NCBI GenBank assembly: GCA_036379935.1
Contig: DASVFT010000166.1
Coordinates: 3,683 to 67,682, forward strand
Length of the DNA: 64,000 bases
Source: Solirubrobacteraceae bacterium
GTDB taxonomy: Bacteria; Actinomycetota; Thermoleophilia; Solirubrobacterales; Solirubrobacteraceae
Direction: 5' to 3'
Shown here one piece after another: positions 17,063 to 26,640 of this stretch; the first letter of the stretch is position 1, and every line of letters begins with the position of its first letter. Under the pieces are notes generated by a model. It was not told the DNA's origin. It made no database searches and was given only the letters and a program-made list of their open reading frames with translations. Both the position numbers and the translations under genes were made by a program.

Positions 17063-18616
17063 ATGGCGTATGCCGAGGTAGAGGAGAGACAGCTACTCAA
17101 GGCGATGACATGGTGGGACGGGTTCGTCGTCGCGCTCGCGAACCCGGGCTTCCTGATCGCCGCGTTGGGCTCGTCGATCGGTGCGTTGGGGACGACGGGC
17201 GCGTTCGTGCTCTGGACCGTGTCGATCGTCTTCGGCGCGCTGCAGAACAACATCCATGCCGAGTTGGCGTGCATGTTCCCCAACAAGTCCGGCGGCATCG
17301 CCCTCTACGCGCACGAGGCGTGGCGCAAGTACCTCACCTTCATCGGCCCTGTGGCGACGTTCGGCTACTGGATCGGGTGGTCGGTCGTCCTGTCGATCAA
17401 CGGCCTCGTCGCCGGCACGCTGATCCAGGCCGAGTGGTTCTCGAAGAACACGTGGACCAAGAGCGGCGCGGGCTTCGACCTGTCGCTGCCGATCGTGATC
17501 GGCATCGGCCTGATCGTGCTCGTCTGGCTCTTCAACATCTACGGCGTGCGGCCGGCCGTGTGGTTCGGCTACGTGACCGGCGCCCTGCTGTGCGTCCCCG
17601 CGTTCGTGCTCATGTTCCTGCCCTACGTCACCGGTGACTGGCACAGCGCGAACATGCAGTGGAACATCGGCGCGGGCGGCGGCATCCCGCTCGTGCTCAC
17701 GTGGCTGTACTTCATGTGCTGGTCCTCGTACGGCATCGAGGTCGTCGCCACGTTCGCGCCCGAGTACCACGACACGGAGCGCGACACGCCGAAGGCCCTG
17801 CGCTCAGCGGCGCTCTTCTCCGTCGCGGTCTACGCCCTGCTGCCGCTCGGCCTGGGCGGCACGCTCGGCACGAAGGCGGTCGCCGACGACGCGACCTTCA
17901 TCGCCTTCTACACCCAGGCCTTCGACAAGATCGTGGGCCACGGGCTGACCAACGTGATGATCGCCTGCATCGTCGGCGGTCTCGTGCTGTCGATGAACAC
18001 GGCGACCATGGACGGCTCGCGCGCGCTCTACGGCATCTCGAAGGACGGGATGACGATCCGCGAGCTCGGAGTGCTCAACCGGTTCCGCGTCCCCGGGCGC
18101 GCGATGACGATCGACGCGATCCTCAACATCTTCCTGATCACCTACTTCACCGGAGTGCTGTCGATCCTCGCGGTGAGCAACATCGGCTACGTGTTCGCCA
18201 CATGCTGCGCGCTCGCCGGCTTCCTGCTGCTGCGCAAGGACCGGCCGAACTGGCCGCGCCCGATCCGCTTGCCCGACATCTGGGTGCCGATCGCCAGCGT
18301 GCTGCTGGCGATCAACGTCGTCCTCCTCATCGCCGGCGGCTTCCTGTACTCGGGCGGCTTCCTCGGCATCACGGGCTACGGCTATGGCTGGGACAAGACC
18401 CGCACGGGCCTGATCGTCCTCGTCGCGGCCTTCCTGCTCTACGTCTACCGGCACGTGGTCCAGGACAAGATCCCGCTGCGGCTGCGCGAGGAGGTCCCGC
18501 AGACGCCGGAGGACCTCTTGGTCCATCCCGAGCTGGCTCCCGCGGGCGTGGGCGACCCGGACGACCTCATCGCGACGGCCGGGCCCGCGCCGCCGCCGAC
18601 GTCGCCTTCGTCCTGA
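17063..18616 (+). CDS. APC-superfamily amino acid/amine permease
   Basis: 517 aa from the ATG at 17063 (SD GAGGG), with about 12 predicted TM segments. General APC features are present (GIALYAHEAWRKY, MNTATMDGSRALYGISKDG). Confidence 0.85.
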   Translation: MAYAEVEERQLLKAMTWWDGFVVALANPGFLIAALGSSIGALGTTGAFVLWTVSIVFGALQNNIHAELACMFPNKSGGIALYAHEAWRKYLTFIGPVATFGYWIGWSVVLSINGLVAGTLIQAEWFSKNTWTKSGAGFDLSLPIVIGIGLIVLVWLFNIYGVRPAVWFGYVTGALLCVPAFVLMFLPYVTGDWHSANMQWNIGAGGGIPLVLTWLYFMCWSSYGIEVVATFAPEYHDTERDTPKALRSAALFSVAVYALLPLGLGGTLGTKAVADDATFIAFYTQAFDKIVGHGLTNVMIACIVGGLVLSMNTATMDGSRALYGISKDGMTIRELGVLNRFRVPGRAMTIDAILNIFLITYFTGVLSILAVSNIGYVFATCCALAGFLLLRKDRPNWPRPIRLPDIWVPIASVLLAINVVLLIAGGFLYSGGFLGITGYGYGWDKTRTGLIVLVAAFLLYVYRHVVQDKIPLRLREEVPQTPEDLLVHPELAPAGVGDPDDLIATAGPAPPPTSPSS

Positions 18617-18631
18617 TCGCGCTGCGCCCGC

Positions 18632-19039
18632 CTACTGCGGGCGCAGCTCCCAGCGGGGCAGGTGGGCGATGGCCTGCCGGTAGCGCCGTCGGTGGACGGG
18701 CCGCACGAAGACGAACCAGATCATCATCGCCATCGGCAGCAGCACGAACACGTTGAAGATGTTGCCGGTGAGCGTGAAGAAGATCGCCAGCGCGGCGACG
18801 ACCATGCCGAGGGCGATCGGCACCATGCGGAAGCGCCACTGGAGCCGCCGGATGGCCTCGTACTGCTCGGCCGGGATCTGGCGCGTGTCCCAGCGCTTGC
18901 CGCAGCGCTCGCACCGCCACTCCTCCCCGTAGCGCAGGTCGCGCTTGGAGCCGCACTCGCAGGTGACCGCGATCGGCGGGCCGCGCAGGACCGTGCCCGG
19001 CTGCTCGCGGCCGAGGCGCTCGCGCGGCCTTACGTCCAC
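18632..19039 (-). CDS. zinc-ribbon membrane protein (C-x-C...C-x2-C followed by 2 TM)
   Basis: VTCECGSKRDLRYGEEWRCERCGKRWD is followed by MVPIALGMVVAALAIFFTL and FNVFVLLPMAMMIWFVFV. It is the last gene of the operon. The only upstream in-frame start is the GTG at 19039, which overlaps the preceding stop. The start is uncertain. Confidence 0.5.
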   Translation of the reverse strand: MDVRPRERLGREQPGTVLRGPPIAVTCECGSKRDLRYGEEWRCERCGKRWDTRQIPAEQYEAIRRLQWRFRMVPIALGMVVAALAIFFTLTGNIFNVFVLLPMAMMIWFVFVRPVHRRRYRQAIAHLPRWELRPQ

Positions 19040-20274
19040 GGGTAGGGCCCCTTGGAGGCCGCGTGCGTCGCGCCCTGCGCGAAGCGGCCGAGGCGGAAGG
19101 CGTCCAGGAGCGGCTCGCCGTCGTCGAGGATGTCGTCGGCCGCGAGCCGGCCGATGGCCAGCGTCTTGAAGCCATGGCCGGAGTCGACGATCGCGTAGAC
19201 GTTGGGAAGGACCCAGTCGCACACGGGGTAATTGTCGGGTGTGTGGGGGACGATGCCGCCGTTGGCGGTCACGCTCCAGTCGTCCGAGCGCCCGCGGAAG
19301 CGCCGCAGCGCCCTGGCCAGCCCCGAGGTGAGGAACTCCGCGAAGGCCGGCTCGGCCACGTGCGCGGGGTTGCCCCAGCCGTACGGGTCGAGCTCGGGAT
19401 CGTCCAGGAAGACCGGCAGGCCGCCCCCCGCGATCGAGCTGCTGCCGCGGAAGTAGATCCCCCAGGGGCCGTCGACCAGGACGCGGTTGTCGCGATCGGA
19501 GCGCAGCGGCTCCTCCTGGTCGAGGTGCACGACCGGCGGCTCGGCGCCTGCGCCGCTCAGGCCCACGCCGCGCAGCTGGAACTCGCCCTCCTGGGCCTTC
19601 ATGTAGGAGACCAACGGGCGTGGCTTGCCGCCCACCTCGACCTCCGGGCTCAGGCCGAGCATCCTCCAGACGCCCGCGATCCACGGTCCCGGTGCGACGA
19701 TCACCGTCTCGCACGGCACGCGGCCCTCGCTCGTCGCCACGGCTCGCCCGTCGCGCTCGAAGCCGACGACCTCCACGCCCTCGCGGATCTCGGCGCCGGC
19801 CGCGCGCGCCCGGTGGGCGAGGTGGCGCACCGTCTGCATCGCGTCCGCCCAGCCTCCGCGGCGCTCGTGCAGCACGGCTTCGACCGGGGCGTCCCAGTCG
19901 GCCCAGGTCCACGACAGGTACTCGCGGCAGCGCTCCGCGCCAAGCACGAGCTCTGACTCGTACCCGGCGCGCTCGTGCTGCTCGCGGATGGCGACGAGGT
20001 CGTCGACCTGGCGCTCCGGCACCGCTGCGAGGTAGCCGACCTGCCGGAACCCGTAAGCCTCGGGCTCGGCCTCGAACATCTCCACCGACAGCCGCACGAG
20101 CTCGGTGATCGCCTCGGCCCGGTAGTAGTTGCGGACGATCCCTCCCGCGATCCCCGAGGCGCCGGCGCCCGGGCGCGCCTTGTCGAGCACGACCACGTCA
20201 GCGCCGCGCTCGGCGAGGCGCCAGGCGACCGAGAGGCCGTTGACCCCGCCGCCGACGACGACGTGGGACGGCAT
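19030..20274 (-). CDS. FAD-dependent oxidoreductase, DAO family (sarcosine-oxidase-beta-like), paralogue 2
   Basis: 414 aa with VVGGGVNGLSVAWRLAERGADVVVLDK (GxGxxG). It ends ...SKGPYPWT. The ATG at 20274 overlaps the upstream stop by 1 nt. Confidence 0.85.
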   Translation of the reverse strand: MPSHVVVGGGVNGLSVAWRLAERGADVVVLDKARPGAGASGIAGGIVRNYYRAEAITELVRLSVEMFEAEPEAYGFRQVGYLAAVPERQVDDLVAIREQHERAGYESELVLGAERCREYLSWTWADWDAPVEAVLHERRGGWADAMQTVRHLAHRARAAGAEIREGVEVVGFERDGRAVATSEGRVPCETVIVAPGPWIAGVWRMLGLSPEVEVGGKPRPLVSYMKAQEGEFQLRGVGLSGAGAEPPVVHLDQEEPLRSDRDNRVLVDGPWGIYFRGSSSIAGGGLPVFLDDPELDPYGWGNPAHVAEPAFAEFLTSGLARALRRFRGRSDDWSVTANGGIVPHTPDNYPVCDWVLPNVYAIVDSGHGFKTLAIGRLAADDILDDGEPLLDAFRLGRFAQGATHAASKGPYPWT

Positions 20275-21533
20275 CAGCTCCAGGGATACGGGCTGTTCGA
20301 CACCGGGTGCAGGTCGCCGGTGGCGAAGCGCTCGTAGCGGAAGGGGTGCAGCAGCGCGGAGTGCTCGCCCTGCAGCACGCGGGCGATCTCGCGGCCCACC
20401 GCGATCATCTTGTAGCCGTGGTTGGAGTCGGCCGCGACGAAGACGTTCGGGCGCATGTAGTCGAAGACGGGGAAGTTGTCGGCCGTGAAGGCGCCCACGC
20501 CGCCCGAGCGCGTCTGGCGGTAGCGCGGTCGCGAGCCCTCGAAGCGCTCCATGCAGTGCGAGAGCGCCGCGCAGAAGAGGTCGGGGAACTCCGGCTCGAC
20601 CGTGCCCGTCGGATAGGGGTCGAGCGCGAACTCGTGTCCCTTCGGCAGCGGTGAGGCGCCGCCCTGGACGCTGTGCTTGTCCTGCTTGTAGTAGATGCCC
20701 CACTGCTCGTCGGTGATGAGCCGCCCGTCGTCGTCGTGCAGCGGCGCGTGGCTGTCGACGTGGACGACCGGGGGCAGGGCGCCGTCGTTGGTGACGAAGA
20801 TCGCCGGATCGACGCCGATCTCGCCCTCCTGGAGGTACCAGTAGGTCCACATCTCGCGCTCGGAGCCCGCGACCTCCAGGCGCCGCGGCAGGCCGAGCAT
20901 CTCCCACAGCACCGGGATCCAGGGCCCCACAGCGACGATGACCTGCTCGACCGCGATCGCCCCGGCCGAGGTCTGCACGTGCGTCACCGCGCCCGAGCCG
21001 TCGAGGTCGAACCCGGTGACCTCGACGCCCTCCTCGATCTCCGCGCCGGCGGCGCGCGCCTTGGAGGCCAGGCCGAGCATGGAGTCGCGGTTGTAGGCGA
21101 ACCCGCCCGCCCGCTCGTGCAGGCAGACGCTCAGCCCCGGCGCCCGCCAGTCCCCGAACAGCGAGCGCATGTGCGCCGCCACCTCGGCCTCGCCGAGGAT
21201 GAGCTGCGACGGATAGCCGATCTGCTGCTGGCGCTCGTGGACCGTCGTGAGGTCGTCGACCTGGGCCCCGTCGCCCAGGGCGATGTAGCCCGAGCCGTGA
21301 TACGCGAAGGTCTCGGGGTCGGACTCCCAGATCTCCACGCAGGCGGCCATGAGCTCGGACATCGCCGGCTGGAAGTAGTTGTTGCGCACGACGCCGCAAG
21401 CGATGCCGGAGGCTCCGGCGGCCACGCCGGTCTTGTCGACGACGAGGACGTCCTCGCCCTGCTGGGCGAGGTGCCACGCCGTGGAGAGCCCGTGGACTCC
21501 CGCTCCGATGACGAGATGGCCGGTCGCGCGCAT
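20274..21533 (-). CDS. FAD-dependent oxidoreductase, DAO family (sarcosine-oxidase-beta-like), paralogue 1
   Basis: 419 aa with VIGAGVHGLSTAWHLAQQGEDVLVVDK. It ends ...SNSPYPWS and aligns by eye with the downstream paralogue along its whole length. Confidence 0.85.
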   Translation of the reverse strand: MRATGHLVIGAGVHGLSTAWHLAQQGEDVLVVDKTGVAAGASGIACGVVRNNYFQPAMSELMAACVEIWESDPETFAYHGSGYIALGDGAQVDDLTTVHERQQQIGYPSQLILGEAEVAAHMRSLFGDWRAPGLSVCLHERAGGFAYNRDSMLGLASKARAAGAEIEEGVEVTGFDLDGSGAVTHVQTSAGAIAVEQVIVAVGPWIPVLWEMLGLPRRLEVAGSEREMWTYWYLQEGEIGVDPAIFVTNDGALPPVVHVDSHAPLHDDDGRLITDEQWGIYYKQDKHSVQGGASPLPKGHEFALDPYPTGTVEPEFPDLFCAALSHCMERFEGSRPRYRQTRSGGVGAFTADNFPVFDYMRPNVFVAADSNHGYKMIAVGREIARVLQGEHSALLHPFRYERFATGDLHPVSNSPYPWS

Positions 21534-21534
21534 C

Positions 21535-21960
21535 TCAGTGGGCCGGCGCCTCCCAGCCCTCGAGCACGCCCGGCCGCCAGTCCTCGCCGACGGTCCGCGA
21601 GCCCTCGACCCAGGGGCCGAGCTCGGGCTGGGGGAACTTGCAGTGGGTCTCCTTGAGCCGGATGCCGTAGGAGTTGCCCGCCTGCAGATGCGCGATCAGG
21701 ACCTTGCGGGCGATCTCGTGCTCGCGCCCTTCGGGGATCGCGAAGTAGATCTTCAGGAAGGCGTTGGAGTAGCGGTCGAACACCGCCGGCGTCCCCTCTT
21801 CCTGCAGGAGCTCGATGTCCTCGAGCCAGTTGATGTCCTGCCCGGGCGTGGCGGCCTCGAGGTCGATGTCCTCGACGAGGCCGATGTCCTCCTGGTAGGG
21901 GAAGCGCTGCCCGGAGAGCTCCTCCGCGTCGAGGGCGACGATCTTGCGCGGCTCGCTCAC
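21535..21960 (-). CDS. hypothetical 141-aa acidic protein, translationally coupled inside the amine operon
   Basis: The GTG at 21960 forms a GTGA overlap with the upstream stop. The stop lies 1 nt before the next ATG. The composition is non-biased (…DRYSNAFLKIYFAIPEGREHEIARKVLIAHLQAGNSYGIRLKETHCKF…). I do not recognise a family. Confidence 0.6.
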   Translation of the reverse strand: MSEPRKIVALDAEELSGQRFPYQEDIGLVEDIDLEAATPGQDINWLEDIELLQEEGTPAVFDRYSNAFLKIYFAIPEGREHEIARKVLIAHLQAGNSYGIRLKETHCKFPQPELGPWVEGSRTVGEDWRPGVLEGWEAPAH

Positions 21961-23390
21961 GGCTCCACCGCCTCGCGCTCGGGGAGCCGGTCGATGGGGT
22001 TCTCCAGATAGCGGTCGAGCATCGTCTTGATCTCGTCGAGCGCGCGCTCCTCGGACACGCCGGGGATGTAGCTCGTGCCGGCGAGCGGGACGCGGGCCAT
22101 GGCCGCGGCCTCGGTGGTGAGGGCGGCGAGGTCCTCGGGCTCGAGGCTGTGCACGTTGGTCTTGCCGCACGCGCGCGCCAGCATCTGCACCTCGAGCGTC
22201 ATCGTGTGCAGGAAGTTGTAGACGCGGTGGGCGGCCTCCTCCACGTGCAGTCGCTTGCGCAGCTCGGGGTCCTGCGTGGTGATGCCGACCGGGCAGCGGC
22301 CCGTGTGGCAGTGGTAGCAGCGGCCGGCCGCGACGCCGACGGTGCCCTCGTAGTCGGTGACGCCCGGGATCTCCTTGTTGCAGTTGAGCGCCATGAGCGC
22401 GGAGTGGCCGATCGCCACCGCGGTGGCCCCCAGCGCCAGGCACTTGGCGACGTCGCCGCCGTTGCGGATGCCACCGGCCACCACGAGGTCGATCTCGTCG
22501 GCCAGCCCCACGTCCTCGAGCGCGCGCCGCGCCTCGGGGATGGCGGCCATCAGCGGGATGCCGGTCTCCTCGGTCGCCAGGTGTGGCCCCGCGCCGGTGC
22601 TGCCCTCGGCGCCGTCGAGGTAGATGACGTCCGGACCGCACTTGGCCGCCATGCGCACGTCGTCGTACACGCGCGCGGCGCCCAGCTTGAGCTGGATCGG
22701 CACCTCGTAGTTCGTCGCCTCGCGCGTCTCCTGGACCTTCAGCGAGAGGTCGTCGGGGCCGAGCCAGTCGGGGTGGCGCGCCGGGGAGCGCTGGTCGATG
22801 CCGGGCGGCAGACTGCGCATCTCCGCGACCTGCTCGGTCACCTTCTGGCCCATCAGGTGGCCGCCGAGCCCGACCTTGCAGCCCTGGCCGATGAAGAACT
22901 CGATCCCGTCGGCCAGCATCAGATGGTGCGGGTTGAAGCCGTACCGGCTCTGGATGATCTGGTAGTACCACTTGGTCGAGAGGTCGCGCTCGGGCGGGGT
23001 CATCCCGCCCTCACCGGAGCACGTCGCCGTCCCGGCCATCGAGGCGCCCTTGGCCAGCGCCATCTTCGCCTCCAGGGAGAGCGCGCCGAAGCTCATGCCC
23101 GTGATGTAGATCGGGATGTCGAGCTCGAGCGGCTTCTTCGCGAACCGCGCCCCGAGCACGGTCTTCGTCTCGCACTTCTCGCGGTAGCCCTCGATGACGA
23201 AGCGGGTCAGGGTCCCGGGCAGGAAGATGAGCTCGTCCCAGTGCGGGATCTTCTTGAACATCGAGAAGCCGCGCATCCGGTAGCGGCCGAGCTCGGCCTT
23301 CATGTGGATGTCGTCGATGACCTCCGGCGTGAAGATCTGGCTGCGCCCGAGGACCGTGCGCTGAGAAGGAGCGTTCTCGTCGGGGGTCAC
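21957..23390 (-). CDS. FMN-binding glutamate synthase family protein (GlxD / MgsC-like) with Fe-S-type cysteine motif
   Basis: 477 aa from the GTG at 23390 (GTGA overlap). Motifs: ITGMSFGALS, GQGCKVGLGGHL, VVAGGIRNGGDVAKCLALGATAV, RCYHCHTGRCPVGITTQ. Confidence 0.9.
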   Translation of the reverse strand: MTPDENAPSQRTVLGRSQIFTPEVIDDIHMKAELGRYRMRGFSMFKKIPHWDELIFLPGTLTRFVIEGYREKCETKTVLGARFAKKPLELDIPIYITGMSFGALSLEAKMALAKGASMAGTATCSGEGGMTPPERDLSTKWYYQIIQSRYGFNPHHLMLADGIEFFIGQGCKVGLGGHLMGQKVTEQVAEMRSLPPGIDQRSPARHPDWLGPDDLSLKVQETREATNYEVPIQLKLGAARVYDDVRMAAKCGPDVIYLDGAEGSTGAGPHLATEETGIPLMAAIPEARRALEDVGLADEIDLVVAGGIRNGGDVAKCLALGATAVAIGHSALMALNCNKEIPGVTDYEGTVGVAAGRCYHCHTGRCPVGITTQDPELRKRLHVEEAAHRVYNFLHTMTLEVQMLARACGKTNVHSLEPEDLAALTTEAAAMARVPLAGTSYIPGVSEERALDEIKTMLDRYLENPIDRLPEREAVEP

Positions 23391-24166
23391 AGGACCAGCT
23401 TCCTCTCGGAGGGCTCGAGGCTGTCGTAGTTGTAGAGCTTCTTGCCGCACACGAACTTCTGCAGTTCGGGGGGCGCGCCGAGGCCGTAGATGCGGAACTT
23501 GCGCTCGACGAGCTCCGTGTCGGCGTCGGTCCACTCGCCCTCGACGCAGTCGATGCCCAGCGCCGCGACCTTGCCGCCCACGTAGATCGTGCCGTCGTAC
23601 ATCGAGTCGCCGAGGCCGGGGCCCACGTCGCCGCAGATGATCTGGCGCCCGCGCTGCATCATGAAGCCCGTCATCGAGCCGGCGTCGCCGAGCACGAGGA
23701 TGGTCCCGCCCTTCTGGTCGATCCCTGTGCGCGCGCCGACCTGGCCCTTGACGACGAGATCGCCGCCGCGCAGCGCGGCCCCCGCGAGCGAGCCGGCGTT
23801 GCTCTCGACGACGACCACCCCCGACATCATGTTCTCGGCCACCGACCAGCCCACGCGGCCATTGATCTGGACCTCGGGCCCGTCGATCAGGCCGCAGCCG
23901 AAGTAGCCGAGGCTGCCCTCGAAGGTGATCCGGCAGCGCGTGAGGATGCCGGCGGCGAGCGAGTGGCGGGCGCTGGGGTTGAGGATCGTGACGTCCTTGA
24001 CGCCCTGCTCGTAGACCAGCCAGCGCAGCTCGGCGTTGATCTTGCGCGTCGACAGCTCGCGCGCGTCGAGCACGGCACGCTCGCCGTCGATCTCGGCGAT
24101 CTTGGGAACGCTGCCGTCGAGCTCGACGAGCCCGCGGGCGTCGTAGGTCGCGCTCAGGCTGTCCAC
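23387..24166 (-). CDS. GXGXG-motif protein (GlxC / MgsB-like)
   Basis: About 259 aa from the GTG at 24166, which overlaps the upstream gene by 13 nt. Motifs: FEGSLGYFGCGLIDG, INGRVGWSVAENMMSG, VKGQVGARTGIDQKGG. The start is moderately uncertain. Confidence 0.8.
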   Translation of the reverse strand: MDSLSATYDARGLVELDGSVPKIAEIDGERAVLDARELSTRKINAELRWLVYEQGVKDVTILNPSARHSLAAGILTRCRITFEGSLGYFGCGLIDGPEVQINGRVGWSVAENMMSGVVVVESNAGSLAGAALRGGDLVVKGQVGARTGIDQKGGTILVLGDAGSMTGFMMQRGRQIICGDVGPGLGDSMYDGTIYVGGKVAALGIDCVEGEWTDADTELVERKFRIYGLGAPPELQKFVCGKKLYNYDSLEPSERKLVL

Positions 24167-25089
24167 ACCATCACCGCGCCCTCGTAGGGGTCGTAGGTCT
24201 CGATCTCGCGGTCGACGACCTTGCGGATGGCGATCTCCTCGGAGGCCAGGGCGACGATCTCGTCGGACTCGTAGAGCACGAGCGGCTTGGCGCCGAGCTC
24301 GTCCTTGGCCACGCCGAGCGCGTCCTCGGTGACGCAGATGTAGGTGAACACGCCGTCGAGCTCGCGCAGGCTGCGGCGCATCGCGTCCTCCAGCGAGTCG
24401 CCCTGGGTCAGCCGCTCGGCCAGGTAGACGGCGATGATCTCCGAGTCGCACTCCGACTGGAATCGGTGGCCGGCGCGCTCCAGGCGCCGCCGCCACTGGT
24501 GGTAGTTCGTGAGCTGGCCGTTGTGGACGACGGCCACATCGGGGAAGGGGTAGGCCCAGTAGGGGTGGGCGTTGGCGATGTCCACGTCGGACTCGGTCGC
24601 CATCCGCGCGTGCCCGATCGCGTGGGTGCCCACGAAGCCGTTCAGGCCGTAGTCGGCCGCCACGGTCTCGGCGTCGCCGAGGTCCTTGACGATCTCCAGC
24701 GAGCGCCCCAGCGAGAGCACCTCGGCGCCGCGCACGTCCTCGATGTAGTCGGCGAGCTCCTTGAGGTCGCCGTCGTGGTCGAAGGTGACGGTCATCGCGT
24801 GCTCGGAGCTGGCGTCGATCGAGCCGACGCGCGCGCCGAGCGAGCCGAGACGGGCCTCGATCTGCCCGCGCTGGCGGCGCAGGCGGTCGGTGAACTCGAA
24901 GTCCTGGTGCCCGTTGGCCTCCGACAGCTTCACGTGCATGACGTAGCCGTCGGCGTCGGGGCGGTAGAGCGCGTAGCCCGTCGAGTCCGGCCCCCGGTGC
25001 TTCATGGCCTGGAGCATGCGCGTCATGTCGCGCCCGATGTCGTGGCGCTCCTCGCCGTCGCGGTAGATGATCCCGGCGATCCCGCACAT
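24154..25089 (-). CDS. class II glutamine amidotransferase (GlxB / MgsA-like)
   Basis: 311 aa starting MCGIAGII, with GHARMATES and VVHNGQLTNY. It starts 2 nt after the GS-like stop. Confidence 0.85.
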   Translation of the reverse strand: MCGIAGIIYRDGEERHDIGRDMTRMLQAMKHRGPDSTGYALYRPDADGYVMHVKLSEANGHQDFEFTDRLRRQRGQIEARLGSLGARVGSIDASSEHAMTVTFDHDGDLKELADYIEDVRGAEVLSLGRSLEIVKDLGDAETVAADYGLNGFVGTHAIGHARMATESDVDIANAHPYWAYPFPDVAVVHNGQLTNYHQWRRRLERAGHRFQSECDSEIIAVYLAERLTQGDSLEDAMRRSLRELDGVFTYICVTEDALGVAKDELGAKPLVLYESDEIVALASEEIAIRKVVDREIETYDPYEGAVMVWTA

Positions 25090-25091
25090 GG

Positions 25092-26585
25092 CTAGGGGAG
25101 CACCTCGAGGTACTCGTCGCGCTCCCAGTCGGTCACGGCGGCGAGGTAGCGCTCCCATTCGTCGCGCTTGTAGTGGTGGAACACCTGCCACAGGCGCCCG
25201 GGCATCGCGCCGTCGCGGATGACCTCGTCGTTGCCGAGCGCGACGAGCGCGTCGCCCAGGCTGTCGGGCACGCGCTCGAGCGGCTGCTTGCCGTTGGACT
25301 CCTGGAGCAGGTCGTAGGTGTTGGCGCTCTGGGGCTCGCCGGGGTCGAGCTCGCGCTTGATCCCGTCCAGGCCGGCGACCAGCAGGGCCGCCACGGTGAG
25401 GAAGGGGTTGCACGACGAGTCCACGCCGCGGTACTCGAAGCGCCCGCCGGAGGCGACGCGCACGGTGCAGGTGCGGTTCTGCCAGCCCCAGTTCTTGTAC
25501 ACCGGAGCCCAGAAGCCGACGTCCCACATCCGGCAGTAGGAGTTCACCGTCGGGTTGCCGACGCACATCAGCGCCCCGAAGTGGTCGAGCATGCCGCCCA
25601 GGAAGGAGCGGGCGATGTCCGAGAGCTGGGCGGGGCCGTCCGGGTCGTGGAAGACGTTGTTGCCCTCGTCGTCGACGAGCGTGAAGTGGTGGTGGTGGCC
25701 GTTGGCCGAGACGCCCGTGAACGGCTTGGGCATGAAGCTCGGCAGCAGGCCGTGCTTGCGCCCGACCGCCGCGCAGAGCTGGCGGTAGGTCGTGATGTTG
25801 TCGGCGGTCTTGACCGGCCGGTCGAAGCGGAAGTTCAGCTCGAGCTGTCCGGGGGCGTCCTCGTGGTCGCCGTAGCTCATGTCGAGGCCGAGCGCCTGGC
25901 CGTACTCGACCACGTCGAGCAGGACCGGACGAAGCTCCTCGAACTGGTGGATGTGGTAGCAGTAGGGCTTCGTCACGCCCTCGGCGGACGAGCCGTCCTC
26001 GGAGCGCCGCAGCCACATCATCTCCGGCTCGATGCCGATGAGGAAGCTGTAGCCCAGCTCGCGCTCGAACTCGGCGACGACGCGCTTGAGGTTCTGGCGC
26101 GGGTCGGCGTCCATCAGCTCGCCGGTCTCGGTGTCGTAGCAATCGCAGTACACGCGCGCGACGCGCGGATCCCAGGGCAGCTGGGCGAAGGTGTCGAGAT
26201 CGGCGATCGCCGCGAGCTCGGACTCCTCGGGTCCGAAGCCGATGTAGTTGCCCGCGCGGTCGGTGAAGAGATTGGCGGTGGCGCCGTACACGAGCTGGTA
26301 GCCCTTCTCGGCGACCTGCGGGAAGAACGACGAGACGACGCCCTTGCCCATGACCCGGCCGGTGACCGAGACCTGCTGGAAGAAGACGTACTTGATCCCC
26401 TGGCTCTCGATCCGGCGCGTGATCTCCTCGATCCGCTCGCGCCGGCCGGGCTGGTTGCGCGCCTCCTCGAGCGTGGCCGGGGGAGGCGCTGTCTTCGGCG
26501 TCTCGAGAACGGTCTTGACGGTGCCGCCGAAGCTCAGCGGAGCCTGCGGGTCGACGGCAACGCTTCCCTCGTAACGGTCGGTCAT
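25092..26585 (-). CDS. glutamine synthetase family protein, type III/GlnT-like (gamma-glutamylmethylamide synthetase GmaS candidate)
   Basis: 497 aa from the ATG at 26585 (MTDRYEG; SD GGAGAG). Motifs: IEPEMMWL, SFMPKPFTGVSANGHHHHFTL, NRTCTVRV, EYRGVDSSCNPFL. The longer track start at 26660 lies upstream of a -10-like box. Confidence 0.85.
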   Translation of the reverse strand: MTDRYEGSVAVDPQAPLSFGGTVKTVLETPKTAPPPATLEEARNQPGRRERIEEITRRIESQGIKYVFFQQVSVTGRVMGKGVVSSFFPQVAEKGYQLVYGATANLFTDRAGNYIGFGPEESELAAIADLDTFAQLPWDPRVARVYCDCYDTETGELMDADPRQNLKRVVAEFERELGYSFLIGIEPEMMWLRRSEDGSSAEGVTKPYCYHIHQFEELRPVLLDVVEYGQALGLDMSYGDHEDAPGQLELNFRFDRPVKTADNITTYRQLCAAVGRKHGLLPSFMPKPFTGVSANGHHHHFTLVDDEGNNVFHDPDGPAQLSDIARSFLGGMLDHFGALMCVGNPTVNSYCRMWDVGFWAPVYKNWGWQNRTCTVRVASGGRFEYRGVDSSCNPFLTVAALLVAGLDGIKRELDPGEPQSANTYDLLQESNGKQPLERVPDSLGDALVALGNDEVIRDGAMPGRLWQVFHHYKRDEWERYLAAVTDWERDEYLEVLP

Positions 26586-26640
26586 GCGCACTCTCCGGGT
26601 GTCGATGGGGTGCGAATCCAGCGCGGGCGAACGCGGCCCG

